Shown here in pieces: positions 1-8,648 of a DNA stretch of 64,000 bases (the first letter of the stretch is position 1; every line of letters begins with the position of its first letter). The position numbers and the translations under genes were made by a program. The notes below the pieces were generated by a model. The model was not told where the DNA came from, did no database searches, and worked only from the letters and a program-made list of their open reading frames with translations. Source of the DNA: Trueperaceae bacterium (GTDB lineage Bacteria > Deinococcota > Deinococci > Deinococcales > Trueperaceae); NCBI GenBank assembly GCA_965223045.1, contig CBDCVN010000013.1:4167840-4231839 (forward strand), written 5' to 3'.

Positions 1-453
1 TTTTAAGGCAGCAGGGTTCATCATTACATGAAGGGCACTACCACACTTTTTACCCTACTTATCCCTCTATTACAAAAAATTTTGAATTGAGAACTATGTA
101 GCATTAGCTTTAGGCTCTATTTTTGGCGTTAGTATGTAGTGTTTAAGGAAGTACCCTGAATCACTTAAGATGGCTTCAGGAAAGCGTTAAGAAACCAAAA
201 TCCAATCTATTAAGCTATGGCTAGAGTCGAAATGAATTCTCATGATAAAGTATAGCTAAGGTTGGTATCCACTAGCCAAAGTTTAGAGCTATGTGTAGTT
301 TTAAAGCAACTATTGAGGTGTTACCCAAATAAGTCTGAGTAACTTCTGATAAATATAGACTCTTACTTGGACCTGTCACAGATTATCTCTTTTTGTCATT
401 TGCTAGGCTACCTTACCTAAGAATTGTACTAAACACTGAGAGGCTATATTGCG

Positions 454-2484
454 ATGATTGAAAGTTTGAAAGATATTCCTAACCCTTTCGGTAGCAGCCG
501 TGTAGACACACCTTTTCAGCAGCACTTGGATCTACAAGAAGTTTATCATACTGAGTTTGAAGTGCTTACTTCCGCACTAACAGATGTTAAGCGAGATCCT
601 AATCACCAAAGTAAAGGAGCTGTTTTAATTGGTGAGGCAGGTTCAGGTAAAACCCATTTGATAATGCGTTTGGCAAAGGAACGGTTAAAAACCAATCGCT
701 TACTATTTGTTCGTCAGCCTAACAATTCTAGTGCTGTATTTTATCATACATATGCTCGTATTCTAGAGTCGTTTGCTGAAAGAATCCCTAGTACAGGACA
801 CACCCAACTCGAGCAATTCCTAGCCAGCAGTTTTGCTGCCATTTTACGTTCCATACCTGAAGTTACTGAGTCAGTGCGAGGTAAAGAAGTAGTTCTGGCT
901 TTAGAAGAGCACGGCGTTTATCTCTACAGCCGTGCTAGGACAGAAGATACCGCAAAGTTCAGAGAAACATGGAAGTATATTTTGCGCTATACAGGCCGTT
1001 GGTGGACACGTACATATGCTAATGCTGGTTATGCCAAAGATATTCTTATAGGCATTGTTAAATTTTGCAGCTACACTGATCCTCACAAGAAAGAAGCAGT
1101 AATGCGTTGGTTAGCTGCTAACGAACTTACTGATAAAGAAATTGCTGATATTGGGCTTAATAATTGGCAAGATGAGATGAGTCGTGAGGAGTTTGCGCTC
1201 GAGGCTATGGCAGTTTTTGGCAAACTCTCAGTTTGTGATGAGCCGCTAGCAATAGTTTTTGATCAATTAGAGGGACTAAGCACAAAACCTGAACTGCTAG
1301 AAAGTTTTAGCAATGCTACTAAAGAAATGCTTACCTATGTTCCAAATAGCTTGATCATTTTCAATGTTTTTCCTAATCGCTGGGAAGAATTAAAACAGGC
1401 TCTTGATGATTCAGTAGTAGGCCGTATGTCTCAGTATGAGGCGCATTTACATCTTCCTGCAAAAGATAAACTCAAAGGAATCCTTCAACTTAATGCTCAA
1501 CAAGCAAATGTAGAAATAGATACTTTGTTTGAGCTATTTGAGCTTACTGATGTGCTCGAGCAGCGTTCAATTCGCAGTGTCTTAAATCGTGCAGCTGCTT
1601 ATTATCGTGCTAAAGCTAGCAACCTTTCTTTGCCGCTAGAAACTCCTACCCAAAAAGAGAGTGTGAGAGGCAACGTTGAAACAAAACTTGAAGAGCTAGA
1701 TACTGATGTTAAATTGATTAAGCAAGGGTTAAATAATCTTGCCACAGCTTTACAGCCTTTTATCGTGCAAGAAATTGATGTACAAGAAGGCGATCCTTCC
1801 AAATCTTTAAAATCTGCTGAAGATTCACCAGAACCTATTCTATCAGAAAAAACTGCTAAAACTATAAAAAAGAAAAAGACCAAAGCCTCAAAATTAACAG
1901 ATGCTTCAGAAACCTTAGATTCTCCTTCAAGCCTAGTGTCAGATTATTTAAAGCAAAAACGCGATTCTTTAGAGAAAGCTTATGATAAGCCCACTATCAT
2001 TGCTGATAGTGATGATCTTGGTAAGCTTAGAACAATTGTGGAAGCTTTCCAAAAACTCAAAACTTTAGACATAGAGCAACTAGAGTTAGGTAAATCTAAG
2101 TTACCTGAACATTTATTGCTTAAAACAGAGAAAAAATCTTATGTTTTAGGTTTCCTTAACATAAGTGGTGGTCCATTTACCACTCGTTTGAAGAACTTTA
2201 ATATAATCCTATCTAGGAATCCTGAAATACACTTTTATCTCATTCGTGATGTTAGGCAAGCAAACATTACTGGTGAGGTAGGCAAAGAAGAAGTTGAAAA
2301 GTTTAATAATGCTAATAATAGTACTTTTATTATTATGGACAAACAGCAAAGGCTCTCTTTTGAGTTAGCCTACTATTTAATAATAGGCATTCACAACCGT
2401 GATCTAGAAGTTGATCTGGAGGTTGCTTTACAAGAACTTGTGGTACAGTCAGAAAAGATGTGGTTATTTGATGTACTTATTTGA
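454..2484 (+). CDS. P-loop NTPase of unknown function (AAA/STAND-like, 676 aa)
   Basis: Walker A GEAGSGKTH and Walker B-like AIVFDQLE. A long charged linker and an unassigned C-terminal domain follow. No recognisable effector domain. Confidence 0.6.
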   Translation: MIESLKDIPNPFGSSRVDTPFQQHLDLQEVYHTEFEVLTSALTDVKRDPNHQSKGAVLIGEAGSGKTHLIMRLAKERLKTNRLLFVRQPNNSSAVFYHTYARILESFAERIPSTGHTQLEQFLASSFAAILRSIPEVTESVRGKEVVLALEEHGVYLYSRARTEDTAKFRETWKYILRYTGRWWTRTYANAGYAKDILIGIVKFCSYTDPHKKEAVMRWLAANELTDKEIADIGLNNWQDEMSREEFALEAMAVFGKLSVCDEPLAIVFDQLEGLSTKPELLESFSNATKEMLTYVPNSLIIFNVFPNRWEELKQALDDSVVGRMSQYEAHLHLPAKDKLKGILQLNAQQANVEIDTLFELFELTDVLEQRSIRSVLNRAAAYYRAKASNLSLPLETPTQKESVRGNVETKLEELDTDVKLIKQGLNNLATALQPFIVQEIDVQEGDPSKSLKSAEDSPEPILSEKTAKTIKKKKTKASKLTDASETLDSPSSLVSDYLKQKRDSLEKAYDKPTIIADSDDLGKLRTIVEAFQKLKTLDIEQLELGKSKLPEHLLLKTEKKSYVLGFLNISGGPFTTRLKNFNIILSRNPEIHFYLIRDVRQANITGEVGKEEVEKFNNANNSTFIIMDKQQRLSFELAYYLIIGIHNRDLEVDLEVALQELVVQSEKMWLFDVLI

Positions 2485-2497
2485 CAGGAAACAGGTT

Positions 2498-3280
2498 TTA
2501 GTAAAGTTGTGGCACAAAAGTTTGGTCAGCCATAGGAGGGCGTACATAACCCTTTTTATTTTGCAGTGGTGGTAATTCTATAGCTTTTGGTGTAAGGTCC
2601 TCATAAGGAATCATGCTTAATAGGTGTGCTATACAGTTAAGTCTAGCACGTTTTTTGTCATCACCATCTACTACCCACCAAGGTGCTTGCTTAATGTCGG
2701 TGTGAGCAAACATTTCATCTTTAGCTTTGGAATATTCTTGCCAACGTGATCGGGACTCAACATCCATAGGGCTAAGTTTCCAGCGTTTTGTGGGGTTTTT
2801 GATACGTGCCCTGAAACGTCTTTCCTGTTCATCATCACTGACAGAAAACCAGTATTTGACAAGTATTATGCCGCTTCTAATCAACATACGTTCAAATTCG
2901 GGGCAAGAGCGTAAGAATTCATGATACTCACCTTCAGTGCAAAAATTCATAACACGCTCAACACCAGCACGATTATACCAACTGCGATCAAAAAGCATCA
3001 TTTCACCTGCTGCAGGTAGATGGGGTACATAGCGCTGAAAGTACCATTGAGTTATCTCTCGTTCTGTAGGTTTACCCAGAGCAATAATGCGGCAAACACG
3101 TGGGTTAAGGGGTTGGGTTATACGCTTAATCACTCCACCTTTACCAGCAGCATCTCTACCTTCAAAAATAACCACAACCTTGAGACCTTTTTTGACAATC
3201 CACTCTTGAAGTTTAACAAGTTCAACTTGAAGTTTAGCCAGTTCTTTTTCATACTTGAAATTTTTTTGCTTCACTTTCAC
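2498..3280 (-). CDS. ppk2: Polyphosphate kinase 2 family protein
   Basis: Characteristic PPK2 P-loop VVIFEGRDAAGKGG and typical length (260 aa). Confidence 0.9.
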   Translation of the reverse strand: MKVKQKNFKYEKELAKLQVELVKLQEWIVKKGLKVVVIFEGRDAAGKGGVIKRITQPLNPRVCRIIALGKPTEREITQWYFQRYVPHLPAAGEMMLFDRSWYNRAGVERVMNFCTEGEYHEFLRSCPEFERMLIRSGIILVKYWFSVSDDEQERRFRARIKNPTKRWKLSPMDVESRSRWQEYSKAKDEMFAHTDIKQAPWWVVDGDDKKRARLNCIAHLLSMIPYEDLTPKAIELPPLQNKKGYVRPPMADQTFVPQLY

Positions 3281-3286
3281 TTTCCT

Positions 3287-4522
3287 TCACTTTACCAAGC
3301 TAAAGATAGTTAACCATCCTTGAAATATTAGTATAAATATACAAGAAAAAAAGCCTAGCAGTGGTAACCAACTTGGAATATTAAGACCATTGTCTTCCAC
3401 TTTAGTCTTTTTCCTTTTTACTTGCCACGCTGCCAGGTTAACACTGGAAAATACTACCAGAATAATACTGCTAGTTACTCGAGCAAGGGTAGTTAAAGGT
3501 AAGAAAAGAGCAAGAATTAAAATGACCCCAGTCATCACAGCAGTAGCGTGCAGTGGGGTTCGTGTTATTGGATTCACCTGGGCTAACCATGCTGGTGCTT
3601 GCTGCTTTTTGGCCATCCCGTAGGCTACTCGAGCTGCCATAATAATTTGTACCAATGCTCCATTAATCCCTGTCAGCATGCTAACAAGCCACAAACCCGT
3701 GGTAGAATACCAACCATAGTCGCTAACAATTTCAGCCATAGGAGTCTGGCTTGCTGCTAGCACGCTAGGTGAAACAGATAATACTGCTACTGTAGACACG
3801 ACCATATAAATCAGTGTGGTGAGTACAACACTAGTTAAAATAGCAATGGGCAAGGCCTTACGTGGGTTTTTTACCTCTTCAGCCATATTAACCATGTCCT
3901 CAAAACCTATGAAAGCATAAAAGGCTAAGAATGTTCCTGAAAAAACACCTATCCAAGCTTGGACATTTGCGGGCCACAAGAGTTCATGCCAACGCTCAGG
4001 TAGTTGCTCGAAATTATTTCCAGCAAGGACAATTATGTAGATTAATGCTACCACCTCAATAATAGTAATGGTAGCTACTAGCCCAACAGACTGACCAATA
4101 CCCCAGCCAGCCACCAATCCCATAGCCAGTACCAAAAGTAATATTCCTAGAGTATTAGGTACAGGCACAACATCTTGCAAGAAACCAATAGTAGCTACTG
4201 CTAGTGTGGCAGCAGAAACTACTCCAGTAGCAATTACCAGCCAGCCTATAGCAGTAGCAAAGATTTTACTATTGAATCCTTCTTTAATATATTGTACTTC
4301 TCCTGCGCTGACAGGGAAACGGGATGAGAGTGCAGCAAAGGAGGTAGCACTTAAAAATGCTAACAAGCCAGAAAAAATCAAAGCTATTGGGGCAAGCAAA
4401 CCAGCCTCGCCTGCTACTTTACCCAGCAAAGCATAAAAACCCCCACCCACCATAGTCCCTAGGCCATAAAGAATTAGTAGTGGTAGGGGGATAGCACGTT
4501 TGAGAGATAGATTATTTGTCAT
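3287..4522 (-). CDS. APC-superfamily amino acid permease
   Basis: 411 aa, about 12 hydrophobic helices, glycine-rich N-terminal helices typical of APC transporters. Confidence 0.8.
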   Translation of the reverse strand: MTNNLSLKRAIPLPLLILYGLGTMVGGGFYALLGKVAGEAGLLAPIALIFSGLLAFLSATSFAALSSRFPVSAGEVQYIKEGFNSKIFATAIGWLVIATGVVSAATLAVATIGFLQDVVPVPNTLGILLLVLAMGLVAGWGIGQSVGLVATITIIEVVALIYIIVLAGNNFEQLPERWHELLWPANVQAWIGVFSGTFLAFYAFIGFEDMVNMAEEVKNPRKALPIAILTSVVLTTLIYMVVSTVAVLSVSPSVLAASQTPMAEIVSDYGWYSTTGLWLVSMLTGINGALVQIIMAARVAYGMAKKQQAPAWLAQVNPITRTPLHATAVMTGVILILALFLPLTTLARVTSSIILVVFSSVNLAAWQVKRKKTKVEDNGLNIPSWLPLLGFFSCIFILIFQGWLTIFSLVK

Positions 4523-4724
4523 ACCTTACTGTAAAACTTCACTTAAGCATCCTTGTTGACCTTAATAGCCTACTCAATTTCATCAGAGTAGGTTCTTGCA
4601 TATAGAACAAGAGTTTGTAAGGTTTTTTAATTAGTTTGCTTTCTATATCGTAAAACACTGTCATGTCATTATAGCTCGTGACGTTTTTTCACATCTACTA
4701 ATTTCACTCTTTTAATTTTACCTA

Positions 4725-4980
4725 GGGCGTGTGGACACCTAGAGTGTGAAATCGAAAACGCTACTCTTAAATACCTTGGATAATCCTGATGCTGACGCAT
4801 AAGCTCCTCTGCAATCTGGTAAAGATTATGTGGTTAACAACTAAAGCTTCTCGCAAATATAGGCTATCCTGCAATTTTTTTTGGAATTCACATTTTCTAA
4901 CAAATAGCTGTCCTGAGACTGGCTAGTTTGGTTTTGATATCCAATGCGTGCAATTTCTGATTTGTCATATCCACATGCCC
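4725..4980 (+). mobile_element. 256-bp MITE, copy A
   Basis: Terminal inverted repeats GGGCGTGTGGACA / TATCCACATGCCC flanked by TA (within CTAG). Near-identical copies at 27127, 34428, 36509 and 48717. Confidence 0.85.
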
Positions 4981-5104
4981 TAGCACCCAAGCCCAGTTAA
5001 GTTACTGATTGTTTTGAGTCCCCATAAAAACTGCTAAATTCCTACCTCAAGGCAAATCACTAATCTAAACAAGTACCTCGCCAGCCTCAAACAAAGATAA
5101 TGCA

Positions 5105-5248
5105 TTACTCACGCAGCTCAGGAACGTGCACGTCCTCATAACGCTCAATAAGTACACCAAGTACTTCCATAAGAGAGGCTAATGGGTGTCTCTCATCTTC
5201 ACCCACTTCATCGGTTATTTTCAGTAGGTCATATTTGTTGCAAAGCAT
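5105..5248 (-). CDS. Small ORF (47 aa), possible N-terminal fragment of an HTH antitoxin-like protein
   Basis: Below the ORF-track cutoff. Translation is MLCNKYDLLKITDEVGEDERHPLASLMEVLGVLIERYEDVHVPELRE. The LxxLIExYE motif resembles N-termini of some HigA-type antitoxins (from memory). Confidence 0.2.
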   Translation of the reverse strand: MLCNKYDLLKITDEVGEDERHPLASLMEVLGVLIERYEDVHVPELRE

Positions 5249-5432
5249 GGCTATTGAGGAGTTTCTGTCTAGAACATGTTTTTCTCAATTCACACGTTCT
5301 TTTTAGGGCTATTGTTTTTTTAGCTGACAGGGGATGAAAATAATTACCTATACTTGTAGGTATGCCCTAAATAAAGAACAAGGGATTTCAATCCCTTGTT
5401 CACAGAAACATTCAATCTATATAAAAACTAAA

Positions 5433-7484
5433 TCAGTAACATGTTACTTTTGCCTCGACCAATAAACCTGTAATAGTTTCATTATTAGTCACTTCAGCTA
5501 TCAAAGTGTGTGTGCCACTTGGTGAGAAAGTTGCTGAAGTACTTGTCCCAACCTGGAAAGAATTGGCACCATTTGCTGGAAGATCAGATATTACCGTTCC
5601 ATCAAGCTTGAGTTTAGATCCGTTATCAGAAGCATGGCGAGCAACATCAAGAGTGCAAGTGGAAAAACCAGAGGGTATGGAAAAAGTTCTCTGATATATA
5701 TATAGATCAGGAACAAGTACCCAAGTATGCCAGTTTGCTATATCTGGTGGATTTGTTGGGTCATAGGGCATAATCCATTCGGAATGAGGTGAGTGACTAG
5801 CTTTCCAAGTTAAATTGGGAGCATATTCAGTAACAAAAGTTTCTGATGCGACATTAGCATTAGGAGGTGATAGAGTAATTATCCAATCATAGTCAAGGTC
5901 ACCAATATTAAGGGGAGTATTACTATCTATTGATCCAGTACTTATATCCAAACAAAATTCGACTGGATTCTTCGTGCAAGCCTCATCGTTCTGGGGATTG
6001 AAATTGCTAGGAGAGTCTACTGTTGCACAATTCTTAACTATATTTCCTTGCACTTCATTTGTAACATCAACTTCAAGAACTAAAGTTATGATATCACCGG
6101 GGTTAATTGGATAGGGGCCATTGTATTCACATACAACAACAGGGGTATAGGGAGGAGGACAACTCCAACCAGAAGAAGCAGAAACAAAATCAACTCCTGT
6201 AGGAAGAGTATCAGTTACAATAATCGGACCATTGTCTGGATCTGGGCCATTGTTGATAACATCTATAATGTAGTTAGCATGACTGCCTACAGTTAAAGTC
6301 TCTCCCTCTAAACGTTTTCTAATTGATAGGTCGGATCTACTAGGGGTAGAAACAGGATTTTTTATACAGCTTTCATTATTGCTGTCAACAGTATCACCAG
6401 CAGCACTTACTTGTGCACAATTCTTAGCTATATCATCTGCATCTGCCGTAACCTCAACAGTCAAACTCAATGTAACAAAGTTGTTTGGCCCGTTAGGAGG
6501 TATTGGTGGACCTGTGTAAATACATTCAACAACATCAGGGTTACTGCTTTGGAGGGTACAGCTCCAATTAGGGGGAGAGTTATCATCCCAAGAGATGCCT
6601 ACAGGAAGAGTATCTGTGATAATAATTGGACTGTTAGCTGTGCTATTAGCTGCACTAGGGCCACTATTAGTTACTTGTATGTTATAGGTAGATTGGCTGC
6701 CTATAGTTAAAGTATCTCCTTCAAGACTTTTCTCAATAGATAAATCAAACCTTTCTTTCTTTTTGTAGCATACATGTAAACGTGTAAAGTCAACAGATGT
6801 ATCGTCTTGTACTACTACATCAAGCTTTTGGCTGCTTCCTAAAGGTGTAAAGGCAGCTGATGTTTGATTTATTTCTATTGCTGCTACTATTTCACCATTA
6901 CTAGAAAGTGTATCAGTAATCCAAACAGTAGAATTAGTTAGGTCTACAATAGGAGATCCAAGAGTATTATTTGTTCCCACTTCTCCTATGGTTAACCCAT
7001 CATTATTTTGAATTTCTCCAATACCACGAACTCCTGTTATAAAAAATGCTTTAGTAATATTGCTTGGTAAGCCTGAAAAGGTCTCACCGAAGAACTGATT
7101 TACAAACTGTCCATCATATCCTGCAAGTGTTTGTTGCCCTTGGTAATTATTGGTACCAAGAATGACACTATTAAACCACGTATCCAAATTACTATCTGGT
7201 AGAGTAGTAGTAGTGGAAGGATCTACAACAACATCAAACATATCCAAAAATCCTTTTGTAATAACCTTATGTTGCTCTTCCCGACCACATTCAAATTTTG
7301 TCTCCAGCTTCTCAACTGCCAAAAGCAGTTCAGACTGTGGTTTATCATCAATTGGATTTTGACCACAGCTAGCCATCAAACCTAAAGCAAGAACTACCAA
7401 AAACCAAACTAACAATCTATATACTAATGCTCTATTCCACAATTGTGTTGAGCTAACTTCTGAAGTAAAAACTTTCTGATTCAT
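5433..7484 (-). CDS. Lipoprotein with two DUF11-type repeat domains and an unassigned C-terminal domain
   Basis: Lipobox LMASC after a hydrophobic leader. Two repeats carry the ITDTLPxG / VTDTLPTG signature typical of DUF11. Confidence 0.7.
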   Translation of the reverse strand: MNQKVFTSEVSSTQLWNRALVYRLLVWFLVVLALGLMASCGQNPIDDKPQSELLLAVEKLETKFECGREEQHKVITKGFLDMFDVVVDPSTTTTLPDSNLDTWFNSVILGTNNYQGQQTLAGYDGQFVNQFFGETFSGLPSNITKAFFITGVRGIGEIQNNDGLTIGEVGTNNTLGSPIVDLTNSTVWITDTLSSNGEIVAAIEINQTSAAFTPLGSSQKLDVVVQDDTSVDFTRLHVCYKKKERFDLSIEKSLEGDTLTIGSQSTYNIQVTNSGPSAANSTANSPIIITDTLPVGISWDDNSPPNWSCTLQSSNPDVVECIYTGPPIPPNGPNNFVTLSLTVEVTADADDIAKNCAQVSAAGDTVDSNNESCIKNPVSTPSRSDLSIRKRLEGETLTVGSHANYIIDVINNGPDPDNGPIIVTDTLPTGVDFVSASSGWSCPPPYTPVVVCEYNGPYPINPGDIITLVLEVDVTNEVQGNIVKNCATVDSPSNFNPQNDEACTKNPVEFCLDISTGSIDSNTPLNIGDLDYDWIITLSPPNANVASETFVTEYAPNLTWKASHSPHSEWIMPYDPTNPPDIANWHTWVLVPDLYIYQRTFSIPSGFSTCTLDVARHASDNGSKLKLDGTVISDLPANGANSFQVGTSTSATFSPSGTHTLIAEVTNNETITGLLVEAKVTCY

Positions 7485-7698
7485 TTAAATCATCCTTTTT
7501 ATTCTTAAAGTCACACCTTTTTGGTGTGCTAGATAGAAGCTTAAGTCAGATTTTGCAAATGAGCAGGAAAGTTAGAGTAACTTCTTTATAGAGCAAAAGT
7601 GCTTTTCTGGTAAGAGTTTTTTTAGCTAGTTTAGAAATGATACAAAGAGCAAGTCAAAGGCTACAAAGTTTCCTAGCTAGATTGGTAAAAATTATTAG

Positions 7699-8628
7699 CT
7701 ATTCAGGGCTTGTTGTGGGTATTTGATCAAGTAAACTATTTAATCCAATACCGTTAGTGTGTAGCAGGCTATTTGTAAACCAAGCAGGTAAAAGTTGCTC
7801 ATCACAAGTAAAGCGTGAAACAAAATCTCCTTTTGATAGATAAGAAGTTATTTTGTTACTAGGAAAAGCTAAATTATCAAGGTCAGTCCACTTACTAATA
7901 GCTTTGTAGGGATAATCTAAGCCAAATTCCACTAATTTTGCTGTTAACTCAGGTAAAAAAGTTATTTCAAAAATTCGACCGTGTAAATCAATATTTAAAT
8001 CCTCTAAGATGCACACAGGTTGACTAACCCATATTTGCCCAGCTGAAACTGTTGTAAAAGGCCCTAAACCCGTATCTATTTTAGCAGCAGCCTGCACACT
8101 GCCTTCTAATACAACTACTAAAGTCATATCAATTTCAAAATAGTAACTTACTGTATACCAAGTTCCCATTTCGATAATAACAGCATCACCTGTTTCAGTG
8201 ACATGCTCGCGACAGTTTTTATAAGCTACTGTGCCCTCGAGCGCCTGACACTGCAAGTAATTACTTTCTTTCGAACACTTTTCTAAAGTAGCCCTGCTGC
8301 CAAATATGCCCCAAAGTTTGCTACGACGAAAAAGATAAGACTCACAAACTGGCTCTTCTATACCTAAATCAAAGCCAAGTAAATGAACTTCGCCTTTATC
8401 ATCAGTAATTATTTTATAGCTTTCTTGCTCAGGGTTTTCAGGAACCTTAAGTCTAAAAGGTTCATTTTTGTAGATAGAAAGTATACTATTGGATTCAAGT
8501 AATACTTCCCAAACCTCTACAGAAAGTGCTATAGGGTCTGAAAGAAATTCATCTGGTTTGCCATCTTGTGCTAGTGCGTGGTTGATATAAATTAGAACTA
8601 TAAAGACAGTTCTATAAAAGGTTCGCAC
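7699..8628 (-). CDS. Secreted hypothetical protein (309 aa), last gene of the protease-NTPase operon
   Basis: N-terminal signal-peptide-like leader (FIVLIYINHALAQD). Starts 20 nt after the stop of the upstream gene. No recognisable motif. Confidence 0.6.
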   Translation of the reverse strand: MRTFYRTVFIVLIYINHALAQDGKPDEFLSDPIALSVEVWEVLLESNSILSIYKNEPFRLKVPENPEQESYKIITDDKGEVHLLGFDLGIEEPVCESYLFRRSKLWGIFGSRATLEKCSKESNYLQCQALEGTVAYKNCREHVTETGDAVIIEMGTWYTVSYYFEIDMTLVVVLEGSVQAAAKIDTGLGPFTTVSAGQIWVSQPVCILEDLNIDLHGRIFEITFLPELTAKLVEFGLDYPYKAISKWTDLDNLAFPSNKITSYLSKGDFVSRFTCDEQLLPAWFTNSLLHTNGIGLNSLLDQIPTTSPE

Positions 8629-8648
8629 CTGTAACCACCTCCTGCATC

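Noticed and set aside
4601-4617. The 15-nt match TAGAACAAGAGTTTG to the left end (plus target duplication) of the MITE-like element at 29890-29904 could be another copy.
   Set aside because: Similarity stops after 15 nt and no matching right end is nearby. That is too short to call an element, though it may be a footprint or preferred target.
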